This document shows, one piece after another, positions 31,569-42,070 of a DNA stretch of 64,000 nt. The first letter of the stretch is position 1. Every line of letters starts with the position of its first letter. Location: assembly GCA_963667465.2 (NCBI GenBank), contig CAXXDN010000001.1:480001-544000 (forward strand). Direction: 5' to 3'. The stretch comes from Dehalococcoidia bacterium (GTDB lineage Bacteria > Chloroflexota > Dehalococcoidia > UBA2979). The translations under genes and the position numbers were made by a program. Under the pieces are notes generated by a model that did not search any database, was not told the origin of the DNA, and worked only from the letters and a program-made list of their open reading frames with translations.

Positions 31569-31952
31569 ATGGGTGGTCGACGCGGCCGGCGTCGCGAGCG
31601 CAAGTCCGTCCCTCGGGGGCGGGCCTACATTCGCTCGACGTTCAACAACACGCTGATCACGATGACCGATCCGAACGGGAACGTGATCGCCTGGGGCTCC
31701 GGCGGCACCGCCGGCTTCCGCGGCTCGCGCAAGAGCACGCCCTACGCGGCGCAACTCGCCGCCGAGGACGCCGCCGCCAAGGCGGTAGAGCACGGCATGC
31801 GCGAGGTGGACGTCTACGTTCGCGGGCCCGGAGCGGGCCGCGAGGCTGCCGTCCGCGCGCTGCAAGCCAGCGGCGTGCGCGTCTCTTCGATTCGCGACGT
31901 AACCCCGATCCCGCACAACGGCTGCCGCGCCCGGCGGCGGCCGCGGAACTAG
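31569..31952 (+). CDS. rpsK: 30S ribosomal protein S11
   Basis: [25 protein letters not shown]. Confidence 0.98.
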   Translation: MGGRRGRRRERKSVPRGRAYIRSTFNNTLITMTDPNGNVIAWGSGGTAGFRGSRKSTPYAAQLAAEDAAAKAVEHGMREVDVYVRGPGAGREAAVRALQASGVRVSSIRDVTPIPHNGCRARRRPRN

Positions 31953-31971
31953 CGGCGAGGAGAGCGAGCAG

Positions 31972-32580
31972 ATGGCCCGTTACACCGGACCTCGCGTGAA
32001 GAAGGCGCGCCGCTACGGCGCTCCGATCTTCGCCAACGCCGCCGTGGTGCGGATGCGCCGCACGAATCCGCCCGGCCCGCGCCCGCTGCGCCGCCGCAAG
32101 GTCTCCGACCGCGGCCTGCAGCTGAACGAAAAGCAGAAGGTGCGCTACGCCTACGGCCTGATGGAAAAGCAGTTCCGCCGCTACTACGAGCGTGCGGTCC
32201 GGCACCCCGGCGTCACCGGCGACCAGTTGATGATCTCGCTGGAGCGCCGCCTCGATAACGTGGTCTACCGCCTCGGCCTTGCGGGTACGCGCGCCCAGGC
32301 GCGCCAGTTGGTGACGCACGGCCTGATCTCCGTCAACGACAAGAAGCTCGACATCCCCAGCGCCGAGACTTCGGTCGGCGCGCTGATCGGCTTCAGCGCT
32401 CGCGGCAAGCGCTCGAAGTACCTCGACGTCCTGCGCGAGGAGATCCAGGCGCGCGAGGTGCCCGGCTGGCTCGAGGTCGACCGCGAACAACTCTCCGGCC
32501 GTGTCGTCGCGCTCCCCGGGGCCGGCGATTACGAGCCCCATTTCAACCCGAGCGCGATCGTTGAGTACTACTCACGCTGA
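31972..32580 (+). CDS. rpsD: 30S ribosomal protein S4 (Zn-free type)
   Basis: MARYTGP, EKQK, LERRLDNVVYR, VEYYSR. Confidence 0.97.
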   Translation: MARYTGPRVKKARRYGAPIFANAAVVRMRRTNPPGPRPLRRRKVSDRGLQLNEKQKVRYAYGLMEKQFRRYYERAVRHPGVTGDQLMISLERRLDNVVYRLGLAGTRAQARQLVTHGLISVNDKKLDIPSAETSVGALIGFSARGKRSKYLDVLREEIQAREVPGWLEVDREQLSGRVVALPGAGDYEPHFNPSAIVEYYSR

Positions 32581-32630
32581 GCAAGTGACAGGCAGCCCGC
32601 TCCACTGGCGAGCACGCAGCGAGGTGACTT

Positions 32631-33755
32631 TTGGCGGCTGAATTGCAAGACCCGACCCTCCGCATCGAAGAGTCGGAGATGGACTACGCGAAGCTGGTGA
32701 TGGAGCCGCTGGAGGCGGGCTTCGGCACCACGATCGGCAACGCCCTGCGGCGCGTGCTGCTCTCCTCGCTGCCCGGCGCAGCGATCACCTCCGTCCGCAT
32801 CGACGGCGTCGAGCATGAGTTCTCGACCGTCCCGCACATGCAGGAGGACGTGACGGAGCTGCTGCTCAACCTCAAGGACGTGCGGCTGCGCGCCTTCGCC
32901 GACCGGCCCGCGCGGCTGTCGCTGGACGTCGCCGGCGAGACGGCGATCACGGCGGGCGACATCCGCGCCACCGCGGACTACGAGGTCGCCAACCCCGATC
33001 ACCACCTCGCGACGCTCGGACACGAAGAGGCGTCCCTCGTGATCGACCTCAACGTCGAGACCGGCCGCGGCTACATGCCGGCGACAGTCAGCGAGGGCCT
33101 GCCGATCGGCGTGATCCCGGTCGATGCGCTGTTCACCCCCGTGAAGCGGGTCAACTACAACGTCTCGCACACGCGCGTGGGCCAGGACACGAACTTCGAC
33201 CGCCTGGAGCTGGAGGTCTGGACGGACGCCACCATCGACGGCCAGACCGCGATCGCGATGGCAGCCGGCATCCTGCGCGAACAGTTGGTGGAGTTGCAGC
33301 AACTCGGCCGCGCCGAGGTGGCCACGGAGCGAGCGAGCGACGCCGCACAAACTGTCGACGGCCACGACACCCCGATCGAGACGCTCGAGCTGTCCGTGCG
33401 CGCCTACAACTGCCTCAAGCGCTCCGGCCTCGTGACGATCGGCGCGATCCTCGAGCGCTCCGAGGAGGAGTTGCTCGCACTGCGCAACTTCGGCGAGAAA
33501 TCGTACGAGGAGCTGCGCGACAAGCTGGTCGCGAACGGCTTCCCCGCGCCGCGCGGCGAGGCGCCGCGCTCGCGTCAGCCGGTCGCCGTGGCCGGGCCGG
33601 CCGCCGCGAGCGGGGCCGAGGACGCCGAGCCGGCGTCCGCGGCCGCTGCTCCGGACGAGGATAGCGGCGAGGAAGTCGGATCGCTCGGCGCGGCGCTGAT
33701 CCAGGCGCTGCGGGAGGCCGGCGAGGACGCGCCGGATCTGAGTGAGCGAAGCTGA
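32631..33755 (+). CDS. rpoA: RNA polymerase subunit alpha with extra C-tail
   Basis: [31 protein letters not shown]. Confidence 0.98.
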   Translation: MAAELQDPTLRIEESEMDYAKLVMEPLEAGFGTTIGNALRRVLLSSLPGAAITSVRIDGVEHEFSTVPHMQEDVTELLLNLKDVRLRAFADRPARLSLDVAGETAITAGDIRATADYEVANPDHHLATLGHEEASLVIDLNVETGRGYMPATVSEGLPIGVIPVDALFTPVKRVNYNVSHTRVGQDTNFDRLELEVWTDATIDGQTAIAMAAGILREQLVELQQLGRAEVATERASDAAQTVDGHDTPIETLELSVRAYNCLKRSGLVTIGAILERSEEELLALRNFGEKSYEELRDKLVANGFPAPRGEAPRSRQPVAVAGPAAASGAEDAEPASAAAAPDEDSGEEVGSLGAALIQALREAGEDAPDLSERS

Positions 33756-34105
33756 TGCGTCACAAAGTCGATGGCCGCAAGTTCGATATGCCGACCGCGC
33801 AGCGGATGGCGATGCTGCGCAACCTCACCACCGACGTGCTCAGGCACGGCTCGGTGACCACCACCGAGGCGCGCGCCAAGGAGGCGCGCCGCTTCGTGGA
33901 CCGCATGATCACGCTCGGCAAGCGCGGGACGCTGCACGCGCGCCGGCAGGCGCTCGCCTTCGTCTACGACCCGAAGGTGGTCACGCGCCTCTTCGATGAG
34001 ATCGCGCCGCAGTACGCAAGCCGCCCCGGCGGCTACACGCGCGTGCGCAAGCTGGGGCCCCGCCGCGGAGACGCGGCGCGGATGGCGGAACTGGAACTGG
34101 TCTAG
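33755..34105 (+). CDS. rplQ: 50S ribosomal protein L17
   Basis: [20 protein letters not shown]. Confidence 0.97.
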   Translation: MRHKVDGRKFDMPTAQRMAMLRNLTTDVLRHGSVTTTEARAKEARRFVDRMITLGKRGTLHARRQALAFVYDPKVVTRLFDEIAPQYASRPGGYTRVRKLGPRRGDAARMAELELV

Positions 34106-34110
34106 GCGTC

Positions 34111-34935
34111 ATGTCCTCCCCGAACGCGCCCCGACACCTCGCACTGCTCGTCGAGTACGACGGGACGGAGTTCTCCGGCTCGCAGTCGCAGCGCGGCCGG
34201 CGCACGGTGCAGGACACGCTGGAGGACGCGATCGCTGACTACTGCGGCGAGCCCGAGGGCGGCCGCCGCCGCATCAGCCTTGCCGGCCGCACCGACGCGG
34301 GCGTGCACGCTCGCGCGCAGGTCGCCGTGATCGACTGCCCGCGCCCGGACGCCCTCGAGACGGTGCGCGACGCCCTGAATCACTATCTCCCGGCGGACCT
34401 GGCCGTACGCGCGGCCTGCGAGGCGCCCGCGGACTTCGATCCGCGACGTGACGCCGTCGCGCGCCGCTACTGCTACCGCATCCGCGACGGCGGCACGCGC
34501 TCACCGCTGCACCGCCGCGACGTCTGGCAACGCCCGCACCCCCTCGACGCCTCGGCGATGGCCGCTGCCGCGGCCGCGCTGCCGCGCGGTCGGCGCGACT
34601 GGGCCGCCTTCGCCGGCGCGCCCAGCGGGGGCGGCTCCACCGTTCGCACACTGACCAGCATGGCCGTGCGTCGGCGCGGCGTGCATGAGATCGAGATCTC
34701 GATGGAGGCCGACGCCTTCCTGCCGCACCAGGTGCGGCGCACCGTCGGCGCCCTCGAGCGCGTCGGCGCGGGCGCGACTTCGCCGCGCGAGTTCGCCGCG
34801 CTTATCGACGCGCCGGCGAGCAGCGTCGGCCCGGCGGCGCCGCCGCAGGGACTGACGCTCGAGGCGGTCCGCTACCCCGCGGGCGCCGTCGACTGGGGGC
34901 TGGACGGCGAAGCCGAGCAGGGATTGGTGGCCTGA
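34111..34935 (+). CDS. truA: tRNA pseudouridine(38-40) synthase
   Basis: EYDGT, AGRTDAGVHA, FLPHQVR. Confidence 0.95.
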   Translation: MSSPNAPRHLALLVEYDGTEFSGSQSQRGRRTVQDTLEDAIADYCGEPEGGRRRISLAGRTDAGVHARAQVAVIDCPRPDALETVRDALNHYLPADLAVRAACEAPADFDPRRDAVARRYCYRIRDGGTRSPLHRRDVWQRPHPLDASAMAAAAAALPRGRRDWAAFAGAPSGGGSTVRTLTSMAVRRRGVHEIEISMEADAFLPHQVRRTVGALERVGAGATSPREFAALIDAPASSVGPAAPPQGLTLEAVRYPAGAVDWGLDGEAEQGLVA

Positions 34936-34936
34936 G

Positions 34937-35572
34937 GTGACGACGAAGACCTACCGGCTGAGCGCCAAGCAGTTCGATCGCCGCTGGCAGGTGGTGGACG
35001 CGGGCGGGCGGCCCCTCGGGCGCGTCGCCAGCGAGGCCGCCCGGCTGCTGCTCGGCAAGCACAAGCCGGACTACGAGCCGCACCTCCCGATGGGCGATTA
35101 CGTGATCGTGATCAACGCCGCCGAGGTGGCGCTGACTGGCAACAAGGCGCAGCAGAAGATCTACTACCGGCACTCCGGCTACCCGGGCAACCTGCGCCAG
35201 CGCACCTTCGAGGAGCAGATGGAGCGCGACCCGCGCAAGGTGTTGGAGCGCGCGATCCGCGGGATGCTGCCGCACACGCGTCTCGGCCGTGAGCTGTTCC
35301 GGCACCTCCGCGTCTATTCCGGCGCGGACCATCCGCACGAGGCACAGCTGCGCGCCGGTACGGGCGCGCGCGCCCGCCGCCGGGCCGCCGCCGAGGCCCG
35401 CGCCACCGAGGCGGCCCTGGCCGAGCCGCCGCCGGAGGAGCTGGTCGAGGACGAGGTCGCGGCGGACGAGCCCACAGTGGACGAGACTGCCGCTGACGAG
35501 GCCCCCGCTGCCGAAGAGACTGACGCGGCCGCCGCCGAGGCGACCGAAGACGCCGATGCGAACAACGAGTAG
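34937..35572 (+). CDS. rplM: 50S ribosomal protein L13 with acidic C-tail
   Basis: LGKHKP, GDYVIVINA, YYRHSGYPG, HPHEAQ. Confidence 0.97.
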   Translation: MTTKTYRLSAKQFDRRWQVVDAGGRPLGRVASEAARLLLGKHKPDYEPHLPMGDYVIVINAAEVALTGNKAQQKIYYRHSGYPGNLRQRTFEEQMERDPRKVLERAIRGMLPHTRLGRELFRHLRVYSGADHPHEAQLRAGTGARARRRAAAEARATEAALAEPPPEELVEDEVAADEPTVDETAADEAPAAEETDAAAAEATEDADANNE

Positions 35573-35596
35573 GGACGCGAGGGGCAAGCCGTAACG

Positions 35597-35998
35597 ATGA
35601 CGAACGAGCAGCAGCACTACTACTACGGCCTCGGTCGCCGCAAGTCGGCGGTCGCCCGCGTCCGGCTCACACCCGGCAACGGCGCGATCGTCGTCAACGG
35701 CAAGCCGCTGGAGGAGGTGGTCTTCCGCGCCTCGATGCGCCAGGACCTGCTGCGCCCGCTCTCCGTCACCGAGAACGCGAACCGCTTCAACGTGCAGGTC
35801 AAGGTCAGCGGTGGCGGCATCTCCGGCTGGACCGGCGCGATGCGCCTTGGCATCGCGCGCGCCCTCGTGGCCGCCGACGAGGGCTACCGCCGCCCGCTGC
35901 GCCAGCAGGGCCTGCTGACGCGTGACGCGCGCGAGAAGGAGCGCCAGAAGCCCGGCCTCAAGCGCGCCCGCAAGGCCCCGCAGTACACCAAGCGTTAG
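35597..35998 (+). CDS. rpsI: 30S ribosomal protein S9
   Basis: GRRKSAVARV, LLTRDAR, ARKAPQYTKR. Confidence 0.98.
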   Translation: MTNEQQHYYYGLGRRKSAVARVRLTPGNGAIVVNGKPLEEVVFRASMRQDLLRPLSVTENANRFNVQVKVSGGGISGWTGAMRLGIARALVAADEGYRRPLRQQGLLTRDAREKERQKPGLKRARKAPQYTKR

Positions 35999-36087
35999 TC
36001 TCCGCGAGTCTCGGTTCCTCAGCTCATTGAGCCTGCCCATCGGGCGAGCTTTGTGTAGCTGACACGGGTGTTTCGGCTCCGGAGTCC

Positions 36088-36315
36088 CCCTGACTCTCGC
36101 CCTCTTCCGCGAGGGGAGAGGGGATCGGAGGGCTGCCCTCGAGGCGCTCGTTGCCCCTCGGGCCTTCGGCGTGCGCCTCCCTGACTCTCGCCCTCTTCCG
36201 CGAGGGGAGAGGGGATCGGAGGGCTGCCCTCGAGGCGCTCGTTGCCCCTCGGGCCTTCGGCGTGCGCCTCCCTGACTCTCGCCCTCTTCCGCGAGGGGAG
36301 AGGGGATCGGAGGGC
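36088..36315. repeat. 91-bp tandem repeat (about 2.5 copies) with REP-like palindromic core
   Basis: Core CCCTGACTCTCGCCCTCTTCCGCGAGGGGAGAGGGGATCGGAGGGC starts at 36088, 36179 and 36270, with identical linkers between cores. Confidence 0.9.
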
Positions 36316-36324
36316 GTTCGTGCG

Positions 36325-36431
36325 GGGGCGTGGGGCGTAGCCCCACAAAGGAAAATCCGAGGGCGGGTGGGTGGGCCCAGCGGCGCGTAGCGCCCGCTCT
36401 CCCGGATGGGGGTGTGGGGGCGTAGCCCCCT
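36325..36431. repeat. Two GGGGCGTAGCCCC palindromes (REP-like)
   Basis: GGGGCGTAGCCCC at about 36332-36344 and 36417-36429, each preceded by GGGGG(C/T)GTG. Confidence 0.6.
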
Positions 36432-36469
36432 CAGCAGAGAGGCACTCGCCCTCGAACGGGGGGCGCGCG

Positions 36470-37519
36470 CTACGCGCCGCGTGGATCGCGGCCGTAGCGG
36501 ACGGCGAGCATCTCCGCGAGGATCGAGACGGCGATCTCCGCAGGCTCGCGGCCACCGATGTCGAGGCCGATCGGCGCGCGCAGCCTCGAAAGCGCCGCGT
36601 CGTCACAACCCTGCTCGCGCAGCTGTTCGAGGCGCCGCTCGTGCGTGCGGCGGCTGCCCATCACGCCGATGTAGCCGGCCTCCGAGCGCAACGCCGGGAC
36701 CAGCGCCGGCACGTCGAACTTCTCGTCGTGCAGCAGCATCACGATGTAGGCGTGCGGCCCCAGCTCGGCCGCCTCGATCGCCTCGTTGGGCCAGCCGACG
36801 ATCACCTCGTCGGCGCTCGGGAAGCGCTCGCGCGTCGCGAAGGCGGAGCGCGGGTCGACGACCGTGACGTGGAAGCCCGCCTCGCTCGCCATCCGGGCGA
36901 GGGGCGGTGCGGCGAAGGCGGCGCCGAGCAGGAAGAGGTGCGGCGACGGACGAAACGCCTCGAGGAAGACGCCGCGCTCCGTGCCCGGCTCGCCGAGCGC
37001 GAGCCGCCGCGTGCCGCCCTCGATCAGCAGGTCGCGAGCTCGCTCGGCGATCGCGCCGTCGAGGTCCGCGCCGACGCTGCCGGTCGCTGCGCCGTCCTCG
37101 AAGACGACCATGCGCCGTCCCGCGATCGAGGCTGGTTCGAGGCCGACCGCGAGCACGGCGGAGCGCTGGCCGAGCAGCGCCTCGCGCAGTGTCTGCCAGA
37201 CGGCGTCGGGCCGGAACGGCTCGACGAGCACCTCGATCTCCCCGCCGCAGCTGAGGCCGGCCTCGAAGGCAAGCTCATCGGAGATTCCGTACTGCACGAC
37301 CGCGGGCCGGTCGCCGTCCAGTACCTGCATGGCGTGCTCGAAAAGGTCGGCCTCGATGCAGCCGCCGCTGACGGAGCCGCTGACCTCGCCCGATCGCGTC
37401 GCGCAGAAACGGGCGCCTGGGAGCCGCGGCGCGGAGCCGCGCACCTCGGTGAGTGTCGCGATGGCGACCTGCTCGGACTGGCGTTGCCAGCGGTCCAGAT
37501 CGTCCAGCACGTCCCGCAT
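36470..37519 (-). CDS. XdhC/CoxI family Moco-insertion accessory protein
   Basis: GSAPRLPGA, GSVSGGCIE, GLSCGGEIEV, YIGVMGSRR, APIGLDIG. Confidence 0.9.
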   Translation of the reverse strand: MRDVLDDLDRWQRQSEQVAIATLTEVRGSAPRLPGARFCATRSGEVSGSVSGGCIEADLFEHAMQVLDGDRPAVVQYGISDELAFEAGLSCGGEIEVLVEPFRPDAVWQTLREALLGQRSAVLAVGLEPASIAGRRMVVFEDGAATGSVGADLDGAIAERARDLLIEGGTRRLALGEPGTERGVFLEAFRPSPHLFLLGAAFAAPPLARMASEAGFHVTVVDPRSAFATRERFPSADEVIVGWPNEAIEAAELGPHAYIVMLLHDEKFDVPALVPALRSEAGYIGVMGSRRTHERRLEQLREQGCDDAALSRLRAPIGLDIGGREPAEIAVSILAEMLAVRYGRDPRGA

Positions 37520-37544
37520 GAGGTCGCTCCGGCGCGCGGCGGCG

Positions 37545-38159
37545 TCAGCGCCGCGCGGCCTGCGGCCCGGAGTCGGCGCGCACCGCCTGGTAGTCCTGCC
37601 AGGTGTCGACGTCCCTCGGGAGCGGCCGGTCCACCTCGACGTCGTGGATCCAGTCCCGGTGGCGGTCGAGGATCTTCCAGGCGGCCTTGTCGCCGTGCAA
37701 CTCGTGCAGGAGGTCGAACAGCTTGCGTGAGAAGAGCAGCGGGTGGCCTCGTTCGCCCTGGTAGGAGACGGCCATGATCCGCGCATCCGTCCGCCGCCAC
37801 TCGGCCACGAGGCGGTCGATGTCCGCCGTCTCCACGCCGGGCTGGTCGCCGAGCGTCACGACCACCGCTGCGGCCTTCGGATGCAGCGCGGCGAGGCCCG
37901 TCTGGTACGAGGCCGAGCAGCCGTCTTCGTAGTCGGGGTTCTCCACGACCTGCGCTCGCCCGAGCGTGAGCTGCGGGCGCACCTCGGCCGAGGCGCCCCC
38001 GATCACGACGGTCACATGCTCGAGGCTCGAGGCGGCTGCGACGGTGCGCACGACCCAGTCGACGAGGATTGTGCCGCGGTAGGGCAGGAGCTGTTTCGGC
38101 TGGCCGAGGCGTCTGGAGCTGCCCGCCGCGAGGACGAGCCCGCAGACGGGCGCGCTCAT
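37545..38159 (-). CDS. MocA-like molybdenum cofactor cytidylyltransferase
   Basis: LAAGSSRRLGQPKQLL, LGDQP, GHPLLF, GDKAA, DVDT. Confidence 0.85.
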   Translation of the reverse strand: MSAPVCGLVLAAGSSRRLGQPKQLLPYRGTILVDWVVRTVAAASSLEHVTVVIGGASAEVRPQLTLGRAQVVENPDYEDGCSASYQTGLAALHPKAAAVVVTLGDQPGVETADIDRLVAEWRRTDARIMAVSYQGERGHPLLFSRKLFDLLHELHGDKAAWKILDRHRDWIHDVEVDRPLPRDVDTWQDYQAVRADSGPQAARR

Positions 38160-39169
38160 CGCAGGGCCCCGGCGTAACGCTCCGGCTCCTGCTCGAAGCG
38201 CTGGCGGCAGCCGGCGGCGCAGAAGTAGACCGTGTGTCCCTCGTGCTCGCTGGTATGGCGGGCGGTCGCCACGTCGACCGTCATCCCGCAGATCGGGTCG
38301 AGCGCCTGCTCGCCGCCAGCTGCGGAGACCGGGGTGAGGATCAGCGGCTCGGGCGCCGAGGCGGCGGCATTGGGCTGCCTCGCGGGCTGCTCCCGTCGCA
38401 CCTGCAGGATCTCGGCGGCGATGCTCAGCGCGATCTCCGAGGGCGTCACCGCGCCGAGGCTCAGCCCGGCGGGGCAATACAGCCGCTCCAGCGCGTTCGC
38501 GCCGAAGCCGCTCCCCCGCAGGTAGTCGAGGACGGCCTCGGCGCGCTTCACGCTCGCGACGAGGCCCACGTAGGCCGCCTCGGAGCGCAGCACGGCGGCC
38601 AGCGCAGCCTCGTCGTACTGTCCCTGTGTGGCAACGACCACGTAGCTGTCGGCGTGCAGCCGCGCGGCGGCTGGGTCGAGGTCGGTGAGCAGCAGATCGG
38701 CGTCGGGGAACGCCTCGGCGGTTGCGCCGGGGTCGGAGACGGTGACGTCGAACTCGATCAGCTTGCCGGCGCTTGCGAGGGCCTGCGCGAGCGGGGTCTC
38801 ACCGATCACGACGAGTTCGGGGCGGGGCAGGAACGGCTCCACGTAGATCTCCAGTGCGCCCTGGCTCTGGCAGGGCATCGCCAGCTCGATCACGCCCTCC
38901 CCGGGCTCGCCGAGACCGGGGTCGGGGCTGATGCGCAGCAGGCGCGGCTTGCCGTCCTCGAGAGCCGCGAGCGCCTCGCGCAGCACCAGCGGCTGGGCGC
39001 AGCTGCCGCCGACCCAGCCGCTGAACGCGCCCTCGGCGTCGATCAGCGCCTTCGCGCCGGGGTAGGCCGAGGTCGGGCGGCGGCAGGCGACGACGGTCGC
39101 GAGGGCGAACGGCTCGCGCCGCTCGCGCAGCGCGACCGCCAGGCCGAGCGGGTCATCCGATGCCGACAT
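38156..39169 (-). CDS. XdhC/CoxF family protein with C-terminal YHS domain
   Basis: GWVGGSC, MPCQSQG, VVATQG. C-terminal DPICGM..YFCAAGCRQRF is YHS. Confidence 0.88.
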   Translation of the reverse strand: MSASDDPLGLAVALRERREPFALATVVACRRPTSAYPGAKALIDAEGAFSGWVGGSCAQPLVLREALAALEDGKPRLLRISPDPGLGEPGEGVIELAMPCQSQGALEIYVEPFLPRPELVVIGETPLAQALASAGKLIEFDVTVSDPGATAEAFPDADLLLTDLDPAAARLHADSYVVVATQGQYDEAALAAVLRSEAAYVGLVASVKRAEAVLDYLRGSGFGANALERLYCPAGLSLGAVTPSEIALSIAAEILQVRREQPARQPNAAASAPEPLILTPVSAAGGEQALDPICGMTVDVATARHTSEHEGHTVYFCAAGCRQRFEQEPERYAGALR

Positions 39170-39218
39170 GGCCGTCTCCGTAGGCGCGGCCGGCCGCCCG
39201 GCGGGCGGGCGCGCCTGG

Positions 39219-41591
39219 CTACTCCGTGATCCCGTGCTCGCGCAGGATCGACCACACCTTGTCCGGCGTTATCGGGATGTCGATGTGGCGCACGCCCAGG
39301 TGCGAGAGTGCGTCGACCACGGCGTTGGCGATCGCCGGTGGCGCGCCGACGGTGGCCGACTCGCCGATGCCTTTCGCGCCCAGCGGGTGGTGCGGCGAGG
39401 GCGTCGTGGTGTTTGCCGTCTCCCACTTCGGGGTCTCGACTGCCGTCGGCACGAGGTAGTCGACGAACGACGCGCTGAGCGGGTTGCCGCTCTCGTCGTA
39501 CGCCAGCTCCTCGTAGAGCGCCGGCGCGAGGCCCATCGTCAGTCCGCCGTGGACCTGACCCTCGACGATCATCGGGTTGATGATGTTGCCGCAGTCGTCC
39601 ACCGCGACGAAGCGGCGCACGTGCACCTCGCCCGTTCCCTTGTCGATGTCCACCACGCAGATGTAGCTGCCGAAGGGGAACGTCAGGTTGGGCGGGTCGT
39701 AGTAGGAGACGGCCTCGAGGCCGGCCTCCATCCCCTGCGGGTGGTTCGTGTAGGCGGCGAGGGCGATCTCCTGGATGGTGACGCCTTTCTCGGGGTCGCT
39801 CCGCACGAAGAAGCGGCCGGGCTCCCACTCGAGGTCGTCCTCGGTCACTTCCTCCGCCTCCAGCAGGTGCGCCGCGATCGCGCGCGCCTTGGCGCGCACC
39901 TTGCCCGCCGCGATGGCGCCAGCCGCGCCGGCGGTCGGCGTGCTGCGGCTGGCGTACGTCCCGAGGCCGTACGGGGCCGTGTCGGTGTCGCCCTCCTCGA
40001 CGGCGATGTCGCTGGCGGGGATGCCGAGCTCCTCGGCGATGATCTGGGCGTAGGTCGTCTCGTGACCCTGCCCCTGCGACTTTGTGCCGAAGCGGGCGAT
40101 CGCCTTGCCGGTCGGGTGTACGCGCAACTCGCAGCTATCGAACATCTTCAGCCCGAGGATGTCGAAGTGCTTCGAGGGCCCCGCGCCCACGATCTCGGTG
40201 AAGCTGGAGATGCCGATGCCCATCAGCTCGCCGCGCGCGCGCTTCTCGGCCTGCTCGCGGCGCAGCTCGTCGTAGCCGATCGTCTCCATCGCGAGGTTGA
40301 GCGCGCCCTCGTAGTCGCCGCTGTCGTACTCCCAGTCGAAGACCGACTGGTAAGGGAACGCGTCCGCCGGGATGAAGTTCTTCTTGCGCACGTCGGCCGG
40401 ATCCAGCTGCAGTTCCGTCGCAAGCACGTCGACGAGCCGCTCGATGGCGTGGACGGCCTCGGTGACGCGGAACGAGCAGCGGTAGGCGATGCCTCCCGGC
40501 GGCTTGTTCGTGTAGACGCCGTCCACCTCGGCGAAGGCGTCCTTGAAGTCGTACGAGCCCGTGCAGATCGAGAACAGCCCCGCCGGGAACTGCGAGGGGT
40601 TCGCGGCCGCGTCGGTGTAGCCGTGGTCGGCGAGCGTCTTGATGCGCAGCGCCTTCATCGTGCCGTCGCTGTCGGCGGCGATCTCGGCGGCCATGTGGTA
40701 GTCGCGGGCGAACGAGTCCGCCTGCAGGTTCTCGATGCGGTCCTCGATCCACTTCACGGGGTGCCCCGTGACGACCGCGGCGGCGACCGCGATCACGTAG
40801 CCGGGGTAGACCGGCACCTTGCCGCCGAAGCCTCCGCCGATGTCCGGCGAGATGATCCGGATCTTCTCCTCGGACAGCCCGACGTGCCCCGCGACCAGCG
40901 CGAAGACGGTGCGGATCGCGTGCGGCGCCTGCGTCGTCATCCAGACCGTCAGTTGCCCCGATACCGAGTCGAACTCGGCGACGCATCCGCAGGTCTCGAT
41001 CGAGGCGACGTGGATGCGTGGCAGGTAGATGTCCTGCTGCACGGTCACGTCGGCATCCTCGAAGGCGCGGTCCGTCGCGGCCTTATCGCCGACCTCCCAG
41101 TGGAAGATGTGGTTGTCGGTCTTGCCTTCCTTGTCGTCGCGCAGCACGGGCGCGTCGGGCTCGAGCGCCTTGAACGGGTCCATCACCACGGGCAGCGGCT
41201 CGTATTCGACCTCGACGGCCTCGACGCCGTCGGCGGCCGCGTAGCGGCTGGTCGCCACGACGGCGGCGACTTCCTGGCCGGCGTACATCACCTTGTCGAC
41301 CGGGAGCACCATCTGGGTGTCCGACATCAGCGTCGGCATCCAGTGCAGGTTGTACGCCTCCAGCGTCTCGCCGGTGATCACCGCGAGCACGCCGTCCACT
41401 TCGAGGGCGGCGTCGCTGTTGATGTTCTTGATGCGGGCGTGCGCGTAGGGGCTGCGCACGATGTCCAGGTAGAGCATGTTCGGCCGCACGATGTCGTCGA
41501 CGTAGTTGCCGCGACCGCGGATGAAGCGCGCGTCCTCCTTGCGCTTGAGGCTATGGCCCATGCCTCCGATTTCGGGGCTTGTCGTGGTCAC
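39219..41591 (-). CDS. coxL: Aerobic CO dehydrogenase large subunit, form I
   Basis: Active-site loop AYRCSFR (form I signature AYXCSFR), GGGFGGK, QGQGHET. Confidence 0.95.
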   Translation of the reverse strand: MTTTSPEIGGMGHSLKRKEDARFIRGRGNYVDDIVRPNMLYLDIVRSPYAHARIKNINSDAALEVDGVLAVITGETLEAYNLHWMPTLMSDTQMVLPVDKVMYAGQEVAAVVATSRYAAADGVEAVEVEYEPLPVVMDPFKALEPDAPVLRDDKEGKTDNHIFHWEVGDKAATDRAFEDADVTVQQDIYLPRIHVASIETCGCVAEFDSVSGQLTVWMTTQAPHAIRTVFALVAGHVGLSEEKIRIISPDIGGGFGGKVPVYPGYVIAVAAAVVTGHPVKWIEDRIENLQADSFARDYHMAAEIAADSDGTMKALRIKTLADHGYTDAAANPSQFPAGLFSICTGSYDFKDAFAEVDGVYTNKPPGGIAYRCSFRVTEAVHAIERLVDVLATELQLDPADVRKKNFIPADAFPYQSVFDWEYDSGDYEGALNLAMETIGYDELRREQAEKRARGELMGIGISSFTEIVGAGPSKHFDILGLKMFDSCELRVHPTGKAIARFGTKSQGQGHETTYAQIIAEELGIPASDIAVEEGDTDTAPYGLGTYASRSTPTAGAAGAIAAGKVRAKARAIAAHLLEAEEVTEDDLEWEPGRFFVRSDPEKGVTIQEIALAAYTNHPQGMEAGLEAVSYYDPPNLTFPFGSYICVVDIDKGTGEVHVRRFVAVDDCGNIINPMIVEGQVHGGLTMGLAPALYEELAYDESGNPLSASFVDYLVPTAVETPKWETANTTTPSPHHPLGAKGIGESATVGAPPAIANAVVDALSHLGVRHIDIPITPDKVWSILREHGITE

Positions 41592-41595
41592 TGGC

Positions 41596-42066
<471 letters not shown>

Positions 42067-42070
42067 CGGT

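Noticed and set aside
36088-36315. CRISPR array
   Set aside because: The intervening sequences are identical rather than unique spacers, there are only three cores, and no cas genes are present.
34802-36346. 514-aa ORF with repeated PSPLAEEGESQGG units
   Set aside because: It is a translation of the palindromic DNA repeats plus the antisense of rplM/rpsI, not a credible gene.
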